Positions 23,200-36,679 of a stretch of DNA of 64,000 bases are shown here, piece after piece. Source of the DNA: the human T2T-CHM13v2.0 reference genome, Homo sapiens; NCBI RefSeq assembly GCF_009914755.1, contig NC_060948.1. One strand, written 5' to 3'. The position numbers and the translations under genes are program-made. Numbering within the stretch: position 1 is the stretch's first letter; the number at the start of each line of letters is the position of its first letter. The notes below the pieces were generated by a model. That model searched no databases and was not told the origin of the DNA. It was given only the letters and a program-made list of their open reading frames with translations.

Positions 23200-26100
23200 T
23201 GTATACCAGTCAGCTTAAAAGTGTGACTGGAGCAGGCCTTGTCATCTTTCTGAGTGTCACTTTGCAGTGGTTGTCTGGCCTTGGTCTTACCTCCCAGGTC
23301 TCAGGCACTGCAGGTGTTACACGATGGTGATGGATCCAGGCTGGGATTCCTTCTACCTTCACCAGGTGGGAGTGGTCAAAATGACAGTCTGGTGTCCCTT
23401 ACACCATGGACGTAGGGGGCTGCATTCCAGTCCTTGATCCATATGGGATCACCTGGGGAGAAGTTGTGAACTGGGGAGAATAAACTAATTGGCCCCCTTC
23501 CATTTTCGCAGCCTGAAATTTTTGTGTAATTTTTCCTAGATCTTGTAGCTGTTGCTGTAACTTAACTTCACCTAACTCTCGAAGAGTGCCTGGGAGTCCC
23601 CATAATATGGGAGTGGGTCTATGATATAATATTTCATAAGGGGAATATCCTGTTCTTTTAGAAGGAGTACATCTTATCTTAAAGAATACCATACAGAGAG
23701 TCTGTAACAATCTCAATCCTGTTTCTGGACACACTTTCCCTCAGCTATTTATAATAGTTTGATTAATTCGTTCCACCTTTCTGGAACTCTAAGGTGAGTA
23801 AGTTGCATGTAGTTTCCACGTGATCCCCAATACCTTTGCTGTCTTCTGCACCAAGCCAGTCACAAACGCTGTCCGTTTATCTGAACCGATTCGTAGGGGC
23901 AGTCCAAATCTAGGAATAAGATCTCAAAGAAGCACACATGTTACTTCACGAGCTTTTTCAGTTTGTGTCGGATAAGCCTCTACCAGCTTAGAGTATGTAC
24001 ACACAAGAGCTAGTAAATATGTGTTACCTCCACAATTTGGCATCTCTGTGAAGTTCACCTGGAGATCTTCAAAGGGGGCTGCTCCATAAACTTGTATGCT
24101 GGGCAGAATTGCTGGACCCTCCCTCACATTTTGTTGTCAGCATAAAATACATCGCTATGCCATGGTTTTGGAAAGGACTGACAAATATGAGACGTAGAAG
24201 TACCAGCCTAACAATTTTTTAAGTGACTCCTGAACTAGAGGGGTAGTTTCATGCACAGCCAGTACAACTGTGGCTCCTAGCAGCTGTGGCATGGCTATTC
24301 TTCTGTCTGGTAACTGGATCCATCCCTCTTTTGCTGTTTGCTCTCCTTCTGCCTGAAAGAAGTCTTTCTCCTCTTTACAACAAGTAGGTACAAGGTCAGG
24401 TGTCTGAGGAAGCATGGGGGTTGAGACCAATGTCTGGTAGGGGTGGAGGCTGCTTTTTGAGCCTCTGAGTCAGCTCTGGAGTTCCCTAAAGCAACCACGG
24501 TAGAAGCTTGCTGGTGTCCCCTGAAATGCATGACTGACACATTTTGGGGTTTCCATACTGCTTCTAATAATTACAAGATTTATTGCTGATGATTTATGTC
24601 CTTTCCTCCAGAGACTAACAGCCCTTTTTCTTTATATAATGCTCCATGTACTTGGAGGGTTGAGAAAACATACCAAGAGTCAGTGTAAATGTTTTTAGTC
24701 TTACCTTCACTGAGTTTTCACACCCAAATTAAAGCAGTGATCTTGGCTTTCTGGGCTGAAGTACCCTATGGCAATAGTTTGGCCTCAGTGACAGCGTCCA
24801 GGGTTACCACTCCATATCCTGCATACCTCACTCCTTGTGGGTTGACAAAGCTGCTCCCACCCACATATACCTCCCAGTCCACTGATGCCCAAGGCTGTTC
24901 ATACACGTCAGGCTTGCTAAAGTAAGCTGAGTTCAACACCTCTACACAGTTATGCTCAATAGGGCTTTCTTATACAGGGAGCAAGGTGGCAAAATTCAGG
25001 TTGTTACAAACTTCATTGATTGTGCAGGGATTTTCACAGAGCAAGCTTTGTACTTGCTTAGGCTAGCATTCATTAGCCAATGATATCCTTTGGTATTCAG
25101 TAAAGTCACCACAGCATGTGGGGCCTTTATGTTCATGTTTTGCCCAAGAGTTAGTTTATCTGCTTCTTGTGCTATCAGGACAGTTGCTGCTAAGACCCTC
25201 AAACAAGAGGGCCAACCTTTAGAAACCCTGTCTAGTTTTTTAGAGAGGTAGGCCACTGGCCTCAGCCAGGACCCCACATTCTGAGTCAAAACCCCAACTG
25301 CCATTTTTTCTCTCACTGACACATATGGTGTAAATGGCTTTGTCAGGTCAGGCAGAACCAGAGCTGGAGCTGACATGAGTTTCTTTTTTAACTCATAAAA
25401 GGCTTGCTCTTGTTGGGACCCCCATTCAAAAGCTTCCTGGTCTCCCCCTTTGTAAACCCATACAGAAGCTTGGCTAGTACTGCAAAGTTTGCAATCCACA
25501 GTCTGCAGAACCCCCACATCTCCTAAGAATTTTCTCACTTGCCTTCTGGTCTTAGGCTCCAATAGGCTGCAGATGACTTGCTTTCTTTCTGACCCCAAGC
25601 TGTGTTCCCCCTGTTGGATAGTCAATCCCAGGTAGCTTACCTGCTGTCTTCAGATTTGAGCTTTCTTCTTGGACACCTTATACCCACACTCCTGCAGCTA
25701 CTGAAGGAGGGCCTCTGTCCCTCTGGCACACCCAACTGCCATGGGGTGAGCCTGCAGAAGATCATCAATGTGCTGGAACAAAATGCAGCATAGGTCTTTG
25801 GTGGGGGACTTTTTGAGGTCTCAAGCCAGCACCTCCAGAAGGTGGTGGGTGACTGCTTGAACCCTTGGAGAAGCAGGATTCAAGTGTACTGAGTGGTGAC
25901 ACCTAACCCCAGATCTTCCCTCCCACTGGAAGGCAAACAGTTTCTGGCTCTCAGGAGATAGTCTGATGCTAAAGAAGGTGTCCTTCAGGTCTAGACAAGT
26001 GAACCACCTGTCCTCAGCTGACAATAATCCAATAATGTGTATGGGTTAGGTACTGTTGGATGTAAAGTCACTGTAGTTTGACTGACCAAGCACAAGTCCT

Positions 26101-26654
26101 GTACTCGCCTGTAGTCCTCAGTCCCTGGCTTAGGAACAGGCAGGAGGGGAGTGTTCCATGGCGACTGACAAGGGACTATAATTCCAAAGGCTCTCAGACA
26201 TTTGAGATGAACCTCAAGAGCTTGTCTGGGGACTGGGCGCTGTCTTTGCCTGACCGGCTGGACCCCAAAATTAACTTCTATGAGTATGGTGGCTTGGTTG
26301 ACTGCCAGTCCTAGAGGTTTATCTTCTGCCCACACACTTGGCTACCACTTAGCCAGAGCTGGTCCTATCTCTTTGCCTGACTTACTTAAGAAAAGTCTCC
26401 ATTCCTCCTCCCAGGGTACCATAAGGGCCATAATGAACAGGGATTCATGTCCCCCTACAGTACAAGTCTGGGGCAAGCAGAAAACTTGTTTCTCTGAGAC
26501 TCCTGTGGCTCTGAATATATCAATAGTATTTTTGGATAAAGGGGTGACCGGGGTGGTTACTACTGAATGTTCCACACCAGTATTGACAAGAAACTTTGCC
26601 CCTGACTGTCATACTGACTGTGGGCTCATAGGGAGCACCTGAGCCCAGTTCCCC
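23200..26654 (-). pseudogene. HERV-E pro-pol remnant
   Basis: Protease FLVNTG (catalytic D lost). RT SPWNTPLLPVPKPG and WFTCLDLKDTFF; the YXDD motif reads HIDD. RPVAYLSKKLD and integrase PFEDLQVNFTEMP and GYSPYEILY are present. Many lesions. Confidence 0.92.
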
Positions 26655-28258
26655 TCAGTCCAGTAACTCTTCTGCCAAATTAAACAAGGCCACTTCATCC
26701 TTGCTTGAGACCTCTGGCTCAGAGCCATTTTGTTTCTCTTTTAACTGGGGGCACTTGTCTTTCCAATGCCCTATTTCTTTACAGTATGCACACTTGTTAT
26801 GCTGCAGGTGCGGTTGGTCAAACTGGGTGTTTTTTTCCCAGGGCCTTCCCTTCTTTGGCCCTTTGGGTGAAACCCTCTAATAGCTGTGACTAGGAGGTCA
26901 GCCTTTCACCTGGCTTGGTGCTTGCTTTCTTTGCAGCTTTCTCTATGGCCTGCTGCATCTCTATTCACAAACCCTGATTGGCTATTTCCAATAACAGTGA
27001 TGTGTTTATGCCCTCAAACCTAGCCTGTTTCTGAAGTTTTCTTATAATGTCTCCTGTGCTTTGATGACCAAAAGCCATGTTAATCATGCTTTAATTTTCA
27101 GGGCTTTCAAGGTCAAACGGTGTATACTTACAATAGGCCTCAAAGTCTTTCATGAAATTGTGCTGGACTCCCTTCTTTTCCTTGAATGACCTCAGACACT
27201 TTGTTAACATTTCTGGCCTTCTGAGCTCCCTTCTTTAACCCTTCCAGGATGCCTTCCCTATATTGCTTTAGCCCTTCTATACCTTTCCCTTCATTTGGGT
27301 CGACTTGGGGTTTGTTTCTGGTACTTGGATCCTCACATACTCCTGCGGATTTTGGTAACTGGCCAGAGCATGTCACTCCAGCCACTTGGTTGCTGTCTGA
27401 AACTCCCTTCGCCTTTCATCTGTGTTAAGGAGGTACATAAGCAGCTGGCAGCAATTGGCCCAAGTAGGGTTGTGGGTGTGGATAATAGTTTGGAGTAAAT
27501 CAATTAAAGTTTGAGGCTATTCAGTATAAAATGGGGTATTATTTTTCCAATTTAGGAGTTCAGCAGATGTAATGGGTTGATACATGAAGGCACGCCTTTT
27601 CAACATATGCCCATCCTCCTTTACCACACTACACTGCTGCTTCCGCATGGGAATTTGAATCCCAGCCTTAGGTCATCAGTGAACTGCCAAGGGTGGGGTT
27701 TCTCCCACGGCTTCACATCCTCTCTTGTCTACTCTGGTGGCATAGGGGTGGGTGTGTGTCCTGCAGAGGCACAGGTGCTGTGGGCTCAGGAGTAGGGAGT
27801 CTCTCTTCTTGATAAGGTTGGGGGCATCGTTGGTGCCATTTCCTGCCATGAGTCTTCTCATATTGGGTCAGACAGAACTTTAGGAGCTGACTTCCTTCAG
27901 CGGGTGGAGTTGGATGCTTCCTTGGCTATCTGTCTTTTTGCCACTAGCACTGCTGCTGCTGTCTGTCCTCTTCACCACTGTGCAGGGGGTCTAAAACCAG
28001 CTATAACCAAGTGTCTATGTATGGGAACTGGTCTGGGTGCCCTGGCTTACAGATTATCTTGTGCCATTGCTTTAAAACAAGGGACCTATCTAGGCTTCCT
28101 TCTGATAGCCAACCCACTTCAAACGCTGGCCAGTCTATCTCACACAAAGTTCTAAGTTTCCCTGGTGTCATAGTAACTCCATAGTTTCCTTTAAATCTCT
28201 TCTTGAAATTTTTCAACATATTTCCTAGCAAGTTGGACTTACTTTGTGTCTGATTCAT
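26655..28258 (-). pseudogene. HERV-E gag remnant
   Basis: MNQTQSKSNLLGNMLKNFKK...KLRTLCEIDWP...GHPDQFPYIDTWL and the MHR-like KVSEVIQGKEGSPAQFHERL. Confidence 0.9.
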
Positions 28259-28717
28259 TTTTCTCCCAAGAAAAGACAATACTCACACTGCAAGAAGGAA
28301 AGGGTAAAGGTCACACACTCTTATTCAAACTAAATCAAGTAATTCAATCCAAGTCAAAACCTAAACCTAAACCAAAGTGCTGAGAAAGGCATGCCGTGGG
28401 TATCAGGCCATGCTTCCACTTGGAGTAGGCAAGTTCCCAAGACCAGCCATACCATGTTCCAGATGTCCAGACTCCAAGTACCAGTTCCTTCCTGGTGTAC
28501 AGCCACTACATCGATCCTTTGTGGGAGCCTGCTGTGTACTGCTCTAGTGAGGCATTCCACTGGGGCTATTGCCTACCCTGGAGCTCTCTCAGGATCCACA
28601 TCACTCAAGCTGGATGGAGTCCTCCTCAAGGATGCTCCACAAGGCAGACCTAAGCCACCTAATGGGCTGCCTCAACCTTATGCTAATCACGTTACTTCCA
28701 GTCAAGGAACTGAAAAA

Positions 28718-29167
28718 TGTAGCAGGAGCAGCCATGGACAATACCATTCAGACACCAGCTTAAAGAAGGAAGTGGCTTTATTTGGCTAGGAGCATTAGCA
28801 GACTTGTGACTCAAAAACTGAGCTCCCTGAGAGAGAGATCCCTGCAGCTTTTAAAGCTTACAAATCTAGGGGATCCATGTGAAAGTGTCATGATCAATTG
28901 AGCAAGCATCGGTATGTGGCTGGGCTGCATGGATCAGTAACCAGGACAGAATAGAACAGAACAGAAAGTTTGACAATGCTTCATCACACAATGTCTGGGA
29001 TCTATAGATAATACAAGTGGTTAGGTCAGGGTTGATTTTTAAGTACCAGGCCTGGAGTGTGGTGCCAGCTTTCTGACTATTGATCTCATTTCTGCCTTTC
29101 TTTAGTTTTTACTTCCTCTTTCTTTTTCTGATTTATGAGACAATAAGAGAGGTGGCATCTTTCCTCA
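28718..29167 (-). repeat. 5' LTR (LTR2 family)
   Basis: Diverged direct repeat of 20568-21016, adjacent to the PBS. Confidence 0.88.
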
Positions 29168-32100
29168 CCACCTGAACACTGGGCCATGATGTGGACTGCT
29201 TGTACAGTTAAGGAAATGCAGGGATGGAGTTGGAAGCACCTTCTGTGTCATTTCTCTTCCAGGTAAAGTTGTGGGACCTAATACACCCCTCACCAGATTG
29301 TATCCTCACCACTATCTGACTTTATTGCTGCTTACACTCTAGGTCCCAGGATGAAATCCCAGGATGATGGAGTGCCCCCTCATGACTTGAAGCACCTGCT
29401 TGGCTGGGAACTGAATTCGAGGTAAATTCAAGGGGCCCTGTGGACAATACTGCTAGTGTCTGTCCCTGGGTTGGCTGCAAGACAATGAAACAATGGGAGA
29501 TGTTTGTTTTTTTGTTGCGGATTTTATTTTTTTGCAGTGTTAGGTAATTAGGATGCCAGAGGTTCTTGGACCCTATCCCAATTCACTGAGGATTTATGAT
29601 CCACAGAAAAAAAAAAGAGAAAAGAGAAAAAACATGGAACTCCGCAGCCCAAGCAGAGTCACACATATAGGCTACCAGAATGTTAGGACACTCAAAACAA
29701 TAAAGCCATGAAGTGTGTTAGCCACATTTCTTTAAGTAGACTTCACTTGCAGGTGCACACATACATACACACCCACACACACACAAATGCCACACAAACA
29801 CATGCAGATATCCAAAAGTCACAACACTCTAACAGAAACACACAGCCCAGCAGATCCTGAAGCTGTGTGGTTCTTCAGGAAGCCCCACCTGAGAGAGAGC
29901 AACTCCAGTGAACACAGGTGGGCTGTACCTAGAAATAACAGTGGGGCAAGTTACAAAAAGACTTACCCCTACAACGTCTAGGCAGGACTGACAAATCCTG
30001 CAGATACTTTTGGATCCTTAGGGATTTTGCAGTTTTTTCTTGGGGCTGTGCTTGAACTTTTTTTTTTTTTTTTTTTTTTGGTTGGCTCACCTCTGCCATC
30101 TCCTAGATTCATCAGACTATCCCATGGATCCCACAGAAAAGACAAGCGACAGTCCACCACCAACGAACCTCCATGGAGTTCTCCTTCTCCACCCAGCCAC
30201 AGGGACTTTTGTCTAAGCAATGGTGACATTCATTGTGACACCAGCCAGAGCTCACAATCAGGCATGATGCCCTGAGACATGCTCATTCCCATTCATGAGG
30301 CAGGCACAAGTGCCTGACTATCAGAACTGTCAGCCTGCCTATACAGAGAAAAATGGTACAGGCAGAGACAGCCTGGTATTGGGAAAAAGGCTGTCTGCAA
30401 AAACCCACTGTGGGACCCTAAGAGTCTCAACCTCAAAGCATGTTCAGGCTTTCTCCGTGGTCAGGTCCCCCTGGAGATGGATGTGCTTCAAAACCATGAG
30501 GTGGTCCCTGGAAACTGCATTTCTCACTCTTTCTCTGAAAGAGGCTGTATTCCAGAATCAGGTCCCGTGAAGTTTGGAATATATTCTGGTGTATTTTTGA
30601 GGGTTCTTTCGGTGATAGAATCATACCTGAAACCCCAGAGGCAGGTGTCTATAAAAGACGGACAGGCTCTTGACTTCACTGCCTCCCTTCATCCTCGGCC
30701 TTGCAGGAGCTCTCTGGGGAAGGCAGGAACCACAACAAAGGCAAGTCCAAGATGGAGCAGTGTTCTCACATCTTGCACTGACCTCTCATGGGTGTAGATG
30801 AGGTTGAGACAGTATCTCAGAGGCCATCTGTGGTGATGGCAAGCCTGAAAACTATGTCCAGTAGTTCTGTTGAGAGGCACTGTGGATTCCTGATGAAAGC
30901 AGGGAAAAATCCAAGACTCATCTGAGAGAATGAGCTGCCTTGTGCTGGAGTTGAAGCAATGTTCAATGATTCCTGTCAGAGGACCCAATAGCCTCCTGCA
31001 AAGTGCAAACAACCTCAGACCCCACAATGAGACAAGGACCACCTGAAACATGGAGTGCAGCCAGCCTACCCAAAGTCCCTTTTGCTCTTTGAAATCCCTG
31101 GCAGCAAAATAATATGTGGCAAGAGGCAGTCCCATCCAGCAACAGCCCAATGAAAGAGCTCGTCCACAATGAGAAGGCCTTGCAGAAGACCCATCCCGTC
31201 CAACATCAAGCTATACCATTTCCATTTGTCTCTGGGTATGAAACCCCTGAAATCAAGAGTTTGCCAGGATAGCCCAAACCTACACTCCAAATGTTCCTTG
31301 AACGTTGGAGTACTCCCACGTGAACATCGAGCCATGGTGTGGGCTGCTTGTGCAATTAAGTGAATGTGGGTATGGAGTTGGAAGCACCTTCTGTGTCATC
31401 TGCATTCATTTTTTGTGTGTGTGTGGGTAAAGTTCCGCGACCCCATCCATCCCTAGCCAGATTTTGTCCTCACTCCTATCTGATCTTATTGCTGCTCACA
31501 CTCTATGTCCCAGGATGAAATCCCGAGATGATGGAGGAGTGCCCCCTCCCAACTTGAAGCACCTGCTCAGCTGGGAACAGAATTCTAGGTAAATTCAAGG
31601 GGCCCTGCAGACAGGACTGCTAGTGTCTCTCTCGGGCTTGGCCACAGGTAAATGAAACATGGCGGGAGATGTCTACTTCTGTGTGAAGAGGAGTGGCTTT
31701 TATTGCAGGGGTAGGTGATTTGGACCCTGTCAGGTCACAGCCAGCCTCCCAATTCACTGAGGATTCTTTATCCACAAAAAAATAAAGACCACAGAGCCAC
31801 AGAGTCCAGGTAGAGCCACATAGATAGGCCACCAAAAGATGGGAAGACTCAAACAAAAGATGCACTACAGAGTGTTAGCCACATTCATTTAAGCGGACTC
31901 CACTAACACACACACTCACACACAAAGGCAAAGCCACACACATAAGCAGACATCCAACACTCACAACAATCCCACAGAAACACACACCCAGACAGCTTCT
32001 GAGGCTTCATGGTTCTGCAGAAAGCCCCACCAAGGAGAGAGCAACCACAGGGTACACAGGTGGTCTGTTCCTCGAAATCACATTGGGGCAAGTTTCTAAA

Positions 32101-32407
32101 GGACTCACTCCTACAACGTCTAGGCAGGCCTGAGGCATCCTACAGATATACTTGGATCCTTAGGAATTTCACTGTTTATCCCTGGGGCTTTGCTTGACTT
32201 TTCGTCAGGCTGGCTCACGTCTGCCCTCTCCTAGGATCATGGGACTATCCCGTGATCCCACAGAGAAAACAGCCAGAGTCCACCGCCTACGCACCTCCAC
32301 GGAGGTCTCCTTCTCCACCAAGCCACAGGGACTTGCTGCTATGCAACGATGGCATTCACTGTGATGCTAGACAAAGCTCACAGCTTAGGCCTCGTAGCTT
32401 GAGAAGA

Positions 32408-32417
32408 GCGCATGCGC
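32408..32417. promoter_or_regulatory. NRF1-like palindrome GCGCATGCGC
   Basis: Exact core in a CpG-retaining unit; a GTGAGT donor lies 308 nt downstream at 32716. Confidence 0.5.
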
Positions 32418-35400
32418 ATTCGCGAGGCAGGAGCGGGCGCCCAACTTTCAGATCTGTGAGCCTTCCTAAGCAGAGGAAAATGGTACAGGCAGAGCCAGCC
32501 TAGTATCGGGAGAAAGGCTTTCTGCGATAACCCACTGCGGGACCCTGTAAGTCTCGACCTTAGGGCCCCATCGGGCCATTTTTGTGGCCTGGTCTGGCTG
32601 GAGAAGGAGGAATTTTGAGACTGTGTGGTGATCGCCGGATGCTGCTCTTCTGACTCTATTCCCAAAAGAGACTCTGTGCAAGAATTGGTTCCCATGGGGT
32701 TTGGAATATAATCTGGTGAGTTGTTCAGGGTTCTTTTTGATTGACAGAATCATACCTGAGACCACAGAGGCATTGTCAGCGAAAGTTAGCCACGCCCTTT
32801 ACCTCACATCCTCCCTTCACTCTGAACCTTGCAAGGGCTCTCTGGGAAAGGCAGGGACCATGGCAAAGGAAAGTCCAAGGTGGAGCAGTGTTCTCACACC
32901 TCAAAGTGGGTGCTCACAGGTGCAGAGGAGGTTGAGACAGTGTCTCAGAGACCATTTGTTGCCATTGCAAGCCTGAAAAGGGTGTCCAGTAGTGTTGTTG
33001 AAAGTCAGTGTGGACCCACCATGACAGCAAAGAAAAATCAAAACTCACCTGAGAGAAGGAGCTGACTTGTGCTGGAGTCCAAGCAGTGATCAAAGATTCC
33101 TGTCAGAGGACCCAAATCCTCTTGCAAAGTGCAAACAAAGTCAGTCCCCACAAAGAGACCAGGATCCACACTCTAGAGTGCAGCCAGCCTATCCGACTTC
33201 CCTTTTGCTCCCTGAAATCCCTGGAAGCCAAGAGATCTGTGGAGAGAGGCAGTTGCATCCAGCCACAGTCCAATGAAATACTTCCTCCACAATGAGAAAG
33301 GACATGCAGACACAATGAAACACAGCTTAGATTACCAAACAAAAGCCAGACATGCCTGCCTGCTTCTCATCCTACAGGAATCATGCAGCCCTCCAACAGA
33401 AGTGGGAGAAAAAGAGTTTCTTTTATGGCATATGTAATGCTGACTTATGGTTTTAAATGTATCAAAGGAGCCCAGTCATTAAAATGTGACAGTGTTTAGA
33501 AGGAAACATGCAATGAATTCCAGTGAGGGTCATCCTCCATGAATGGGGAAATGTTTAGTGTGTAAGACCTTAGCCAGACCCAGGAAAACCTAGGCCGACA
33601 GGGAACATGGAAGACAGGAAAGGAAGAGGCAAGTATGGAGGCTATATCCCACCCAGCGTCAATGCATCTCACTCCCATTTGGCTATGGGAATGAAAGCCC
33701 TCAAATCAGGAGTTTGACAGGATGGCCTCAGTTTGCACACCAAATGTTCCCTGCACGTTGGAGTACTCCCAGGTGAACACAGGGTCATGGTGCACACTGC
33801 TGGTGCAATTAAGGGAATGCAGAGATGCATTTGGAAGCACTGTCCATGTCCTCTGTCTTCACCTTTTTTGCAGGTGAAGTTGCAGGACCCCGTCCACCCC
33901 TCACCAGATTGTATGCTCACCCCTATGTGAACTTACGGCTGCTCACACTCTCTGTTTCAGAATGAAATCCCAAGACAATGGAGGAGTTTCCCCTAATGAC
34001 GTTAAGCACCTGCTTGGCTGGGAAATGAATTGGAGGTAAATTCAAGGGGTCCTGTGGACAAGACTGCTAGTGTCCCTCCCTGGGTTGGCCACAGGACAAT
34101 GAAACACTGGGAGGCGTCAATTCCTGGGTATGACGTGCCCCTCTTCTTTCCAGAAGAGTACCTTTTTCTTTTTTGGCAGGGGGAGGTAGTTTGGCCTCCG
34201 GCGGGTCTCAACCAGACTCCCAATTCGCTGCAGATTCACGATCCACAGAAGAATAAAGAACACAGAGACCCACAGTCCAAGCAGAGCCACAGACACACAG
34301 GCGACCAGAATGTTGAGTTACTGAAAAAAAAGAAGCACTGCAATGTGTTAGCCACACTACTATAAGCAGACTCCACTTACAGGCATGCACACCCACACAT
34401 ACACCCACAAATACACAAAGCCACACAGGCAAGCAGACATCCAACACTTGCAACACTCCAACAGAAACACAGCCCAGCAGCTCCTGAGGCTAAGTGGTTC
34501 TTCAGGAAGCCCCACCTGGGAGAGAGCAACCCCGGGGAACACAGGTGGGCTGTACCTAGTAATCACTGTGGGACGAGTTTCAAAAATACTCACCCCTACA
34601 ACGTCTAATTAGGCCTGAGGCATCCTGCAGATCCTTATGGATCTGTAGGGATTTCACAGTTCCTTCCTGGGGTTCTGCTTGATGTTTCTTCAGGCTGACT
34701 CACATCTACTCACTCCTAGAATCATGGGACTGTCCTGTGGATCTCTGAGACAAGACAGGCAAGATTCCACCGCCAACACACCTCCAGGGAGTTCTCCTTC
34801 TCTGCCAAGCCACAGGGACTTGTCACTAGGCAATGGTGGCATTCACTGTGAAGCTAGCAATAGCTCCCTTCTCAGGTCTGGTACTTTGAGGCTATCATAT
34901 GCGCATTCGTGAGGCAGGCTTGGATGCCTGGCTGTCAGAGCTGTCAGGCTGCCTAAGCAGATGAAAATGGTACAGGCAGAGCTAGACTGGTACTGAGAAA
35001 AAGGCTGTCTGTGATAACCTACTGCAGGAACCTAAGAGTCTTGACCTTATTGCCCCTTTGGGTCATCTCGCTGGTCAGGTCCCGGTGGAGGAGGAGGTAT
35101 TTCGAGACTGTGAGGTGGTCGCTGGAGATGGCTCTTCTGTCTCCATTCCTGAAAGAGTCTGTGTGCAAGAATCAGGTCCGATGGGGATTGGAAGAGTCTG
35201 ATGAGTTGTTGAGGGTTCTTTATGTGATGGAATCATACCTAAGACCTCAGAGTTGAAAGGTGCTGGGCACTTCACCTCACTGCCTCCCTTCATCCTCGGC
35301 CTCACAGGGCCTATCTGGGAAAGGCAGGAACCACGACATAGGCAAATCCAAGGTTGAGCAGTGTTCTCTCACCTTGATCTGGCCTCGCTTGTGGGCAGAT

Positions 35401-36679
35401 GAGCTTGTGACAGTGTCTAAGAGGCCATCTGTGGCGATGGCAAGCCTGAAAAAGGTGTCCAGTAATGTTATTGATGGGCAATGTGGACACCCCAGGAAAG
35501 CAAAGAAAAATCAATGCTCACCTATGAGAATGAGCTGCCTTGTGCTGGAGTCCAAGCAACGTTCAACGATTCTTGTCAGAGGACCCAAAATCCTCCTTCA
35601 AAGTGCAAATATCCTCAGCCCCCAAGACGCAACCAGGACCCACAACCTGGAGTTCAGCCAGTCTATCTGAAGTCCCATTTCCTCTCTGAAATCCCTGGAA
35701 GCCAAAAGATCTGTGGTGAGAGTAGTTCCATCCAGCAACAGCCCAGTGAAGGAGCCCTGTGACAATGAGAAAGGATGTGCACATGAAATGAAACAGAGCC
35801 TAGATAACGAGGCAAATGTTAGACACTGTTACCTGCTTCTCATCCTACAGGAATTGTGCCACCCTCCGATAGAAGTGGGAGATGAGTTGTTTCCCTGTTG
35901 GTGGCTGTGTGGGAATTTACATTTTAAAACTATCAAAGCTGTCCAGCCATCTAAAACATGAGTGTTAAGAAGGAAACACTTATGCAATGAATTCCCATGA
36001 GGGTCATCCTTCATGAACTGGGAAATGTTTTGTGTGGAAGATGGTGAACCAGACCAAGGAAACCCTAATTCGATGAGGAACACAAAGTCAGAAAATGAAG
36101 AGGCAAGTGTGGAGGCCACATCCCACCCACATCAATCCATCCCACTCCCATTTGGCCCTGGGTATGAAAATCATCAAAGTGCAAAACCCCAGTTTGCACT
36201 CCATATGTTAATGGCAGGTTGGAGAATACCCACTTGAACACAGGGCCATGGTGTGGGCTGCTTGTGCAATCAACGGAATGTGGGGATGCAGGTGGAAGCA
36301 ACTTCTGTGTCATCTGTCCTCACCTTTTTTTCAGGTGCAGGTGTGGGACACAATCCACACCACACCAGATTGTATCCCTTTCCCTATCAGACCTTATTGC
36401 TGCTCACACTCTCTGTCCCAGAATGAAATCCCAAGATGGTGAAGTAGTGTCCCCTCATGACGTTAAGCACCTGCCTGGCTGGTCTGACATATTGATTAAT
36501 CATACTTATAATTGTTTACATTCATTGTAAAACACAATGTTTCATTTTTCTTCCTTATTCCCCACCATTTATTTTCTTCTCATATTAGTTACAGTTTGTA
36601 ACTTATTTTGTTAAATATATACAATGAAGTAACACTGCAGTATTGCAGAAAGCACACTGCATTGGAAACAGACTCATAT

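Larger units (their letters stand above)
20568..29167 (-). mobile_element. HERV-E (LTR2/Harlequin group, gammaretrovirus-like) provirus, 8.6 kb, defective
   Basis: Paired ~450-bp LTRs and a 4-bp TSD CCAT/CCAC (20564-20567 and 29168-29171). A degenerate tRNA-Glu-like PBS lies at ~28695-28713. Gag-pol-env order is preserved, with HERV-E-like peptides. Confidence 0.92.
2958..36484 (+). repeat. ~2.45-kb Y-ampliconic tandem repeat (NORF/TTTY type), ~8 diverged forward units interrupted by two proviruses
   Basis: The landmark GACTCACCCCTACAACGTCTAGG and its variants recur at ~3140, 5599, 8014, 10469, 12925, 29960, 32102 and 34587. Each unit has a (CA)-rich tract and the same order of motifs. Homology stops at ~36484. 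Confidence 0.92.

Noticed and set aside
24996-25625. 209-aa ORF
   Set aside because: It is a frameshifted fragment of HERV-E pol, whose catalytic motifs are mutated.
1-36484. Many recurring 60-150 aa ORFs with shared motifs (e.g. KAKKNQ...MSCLVLESKQCS)
   Set aside because: They recur because the DNA unit repeats. Frames, starts and stops are not conserved between units, so this is not a protein family.
2958-36484. CRISPR-like or prokaryotic repeat system
   Set aside because: The units are ~2.45 kb with no short repeat-spacer structure. Alu, L1, HERV and spliced genes show the DNA is primate.
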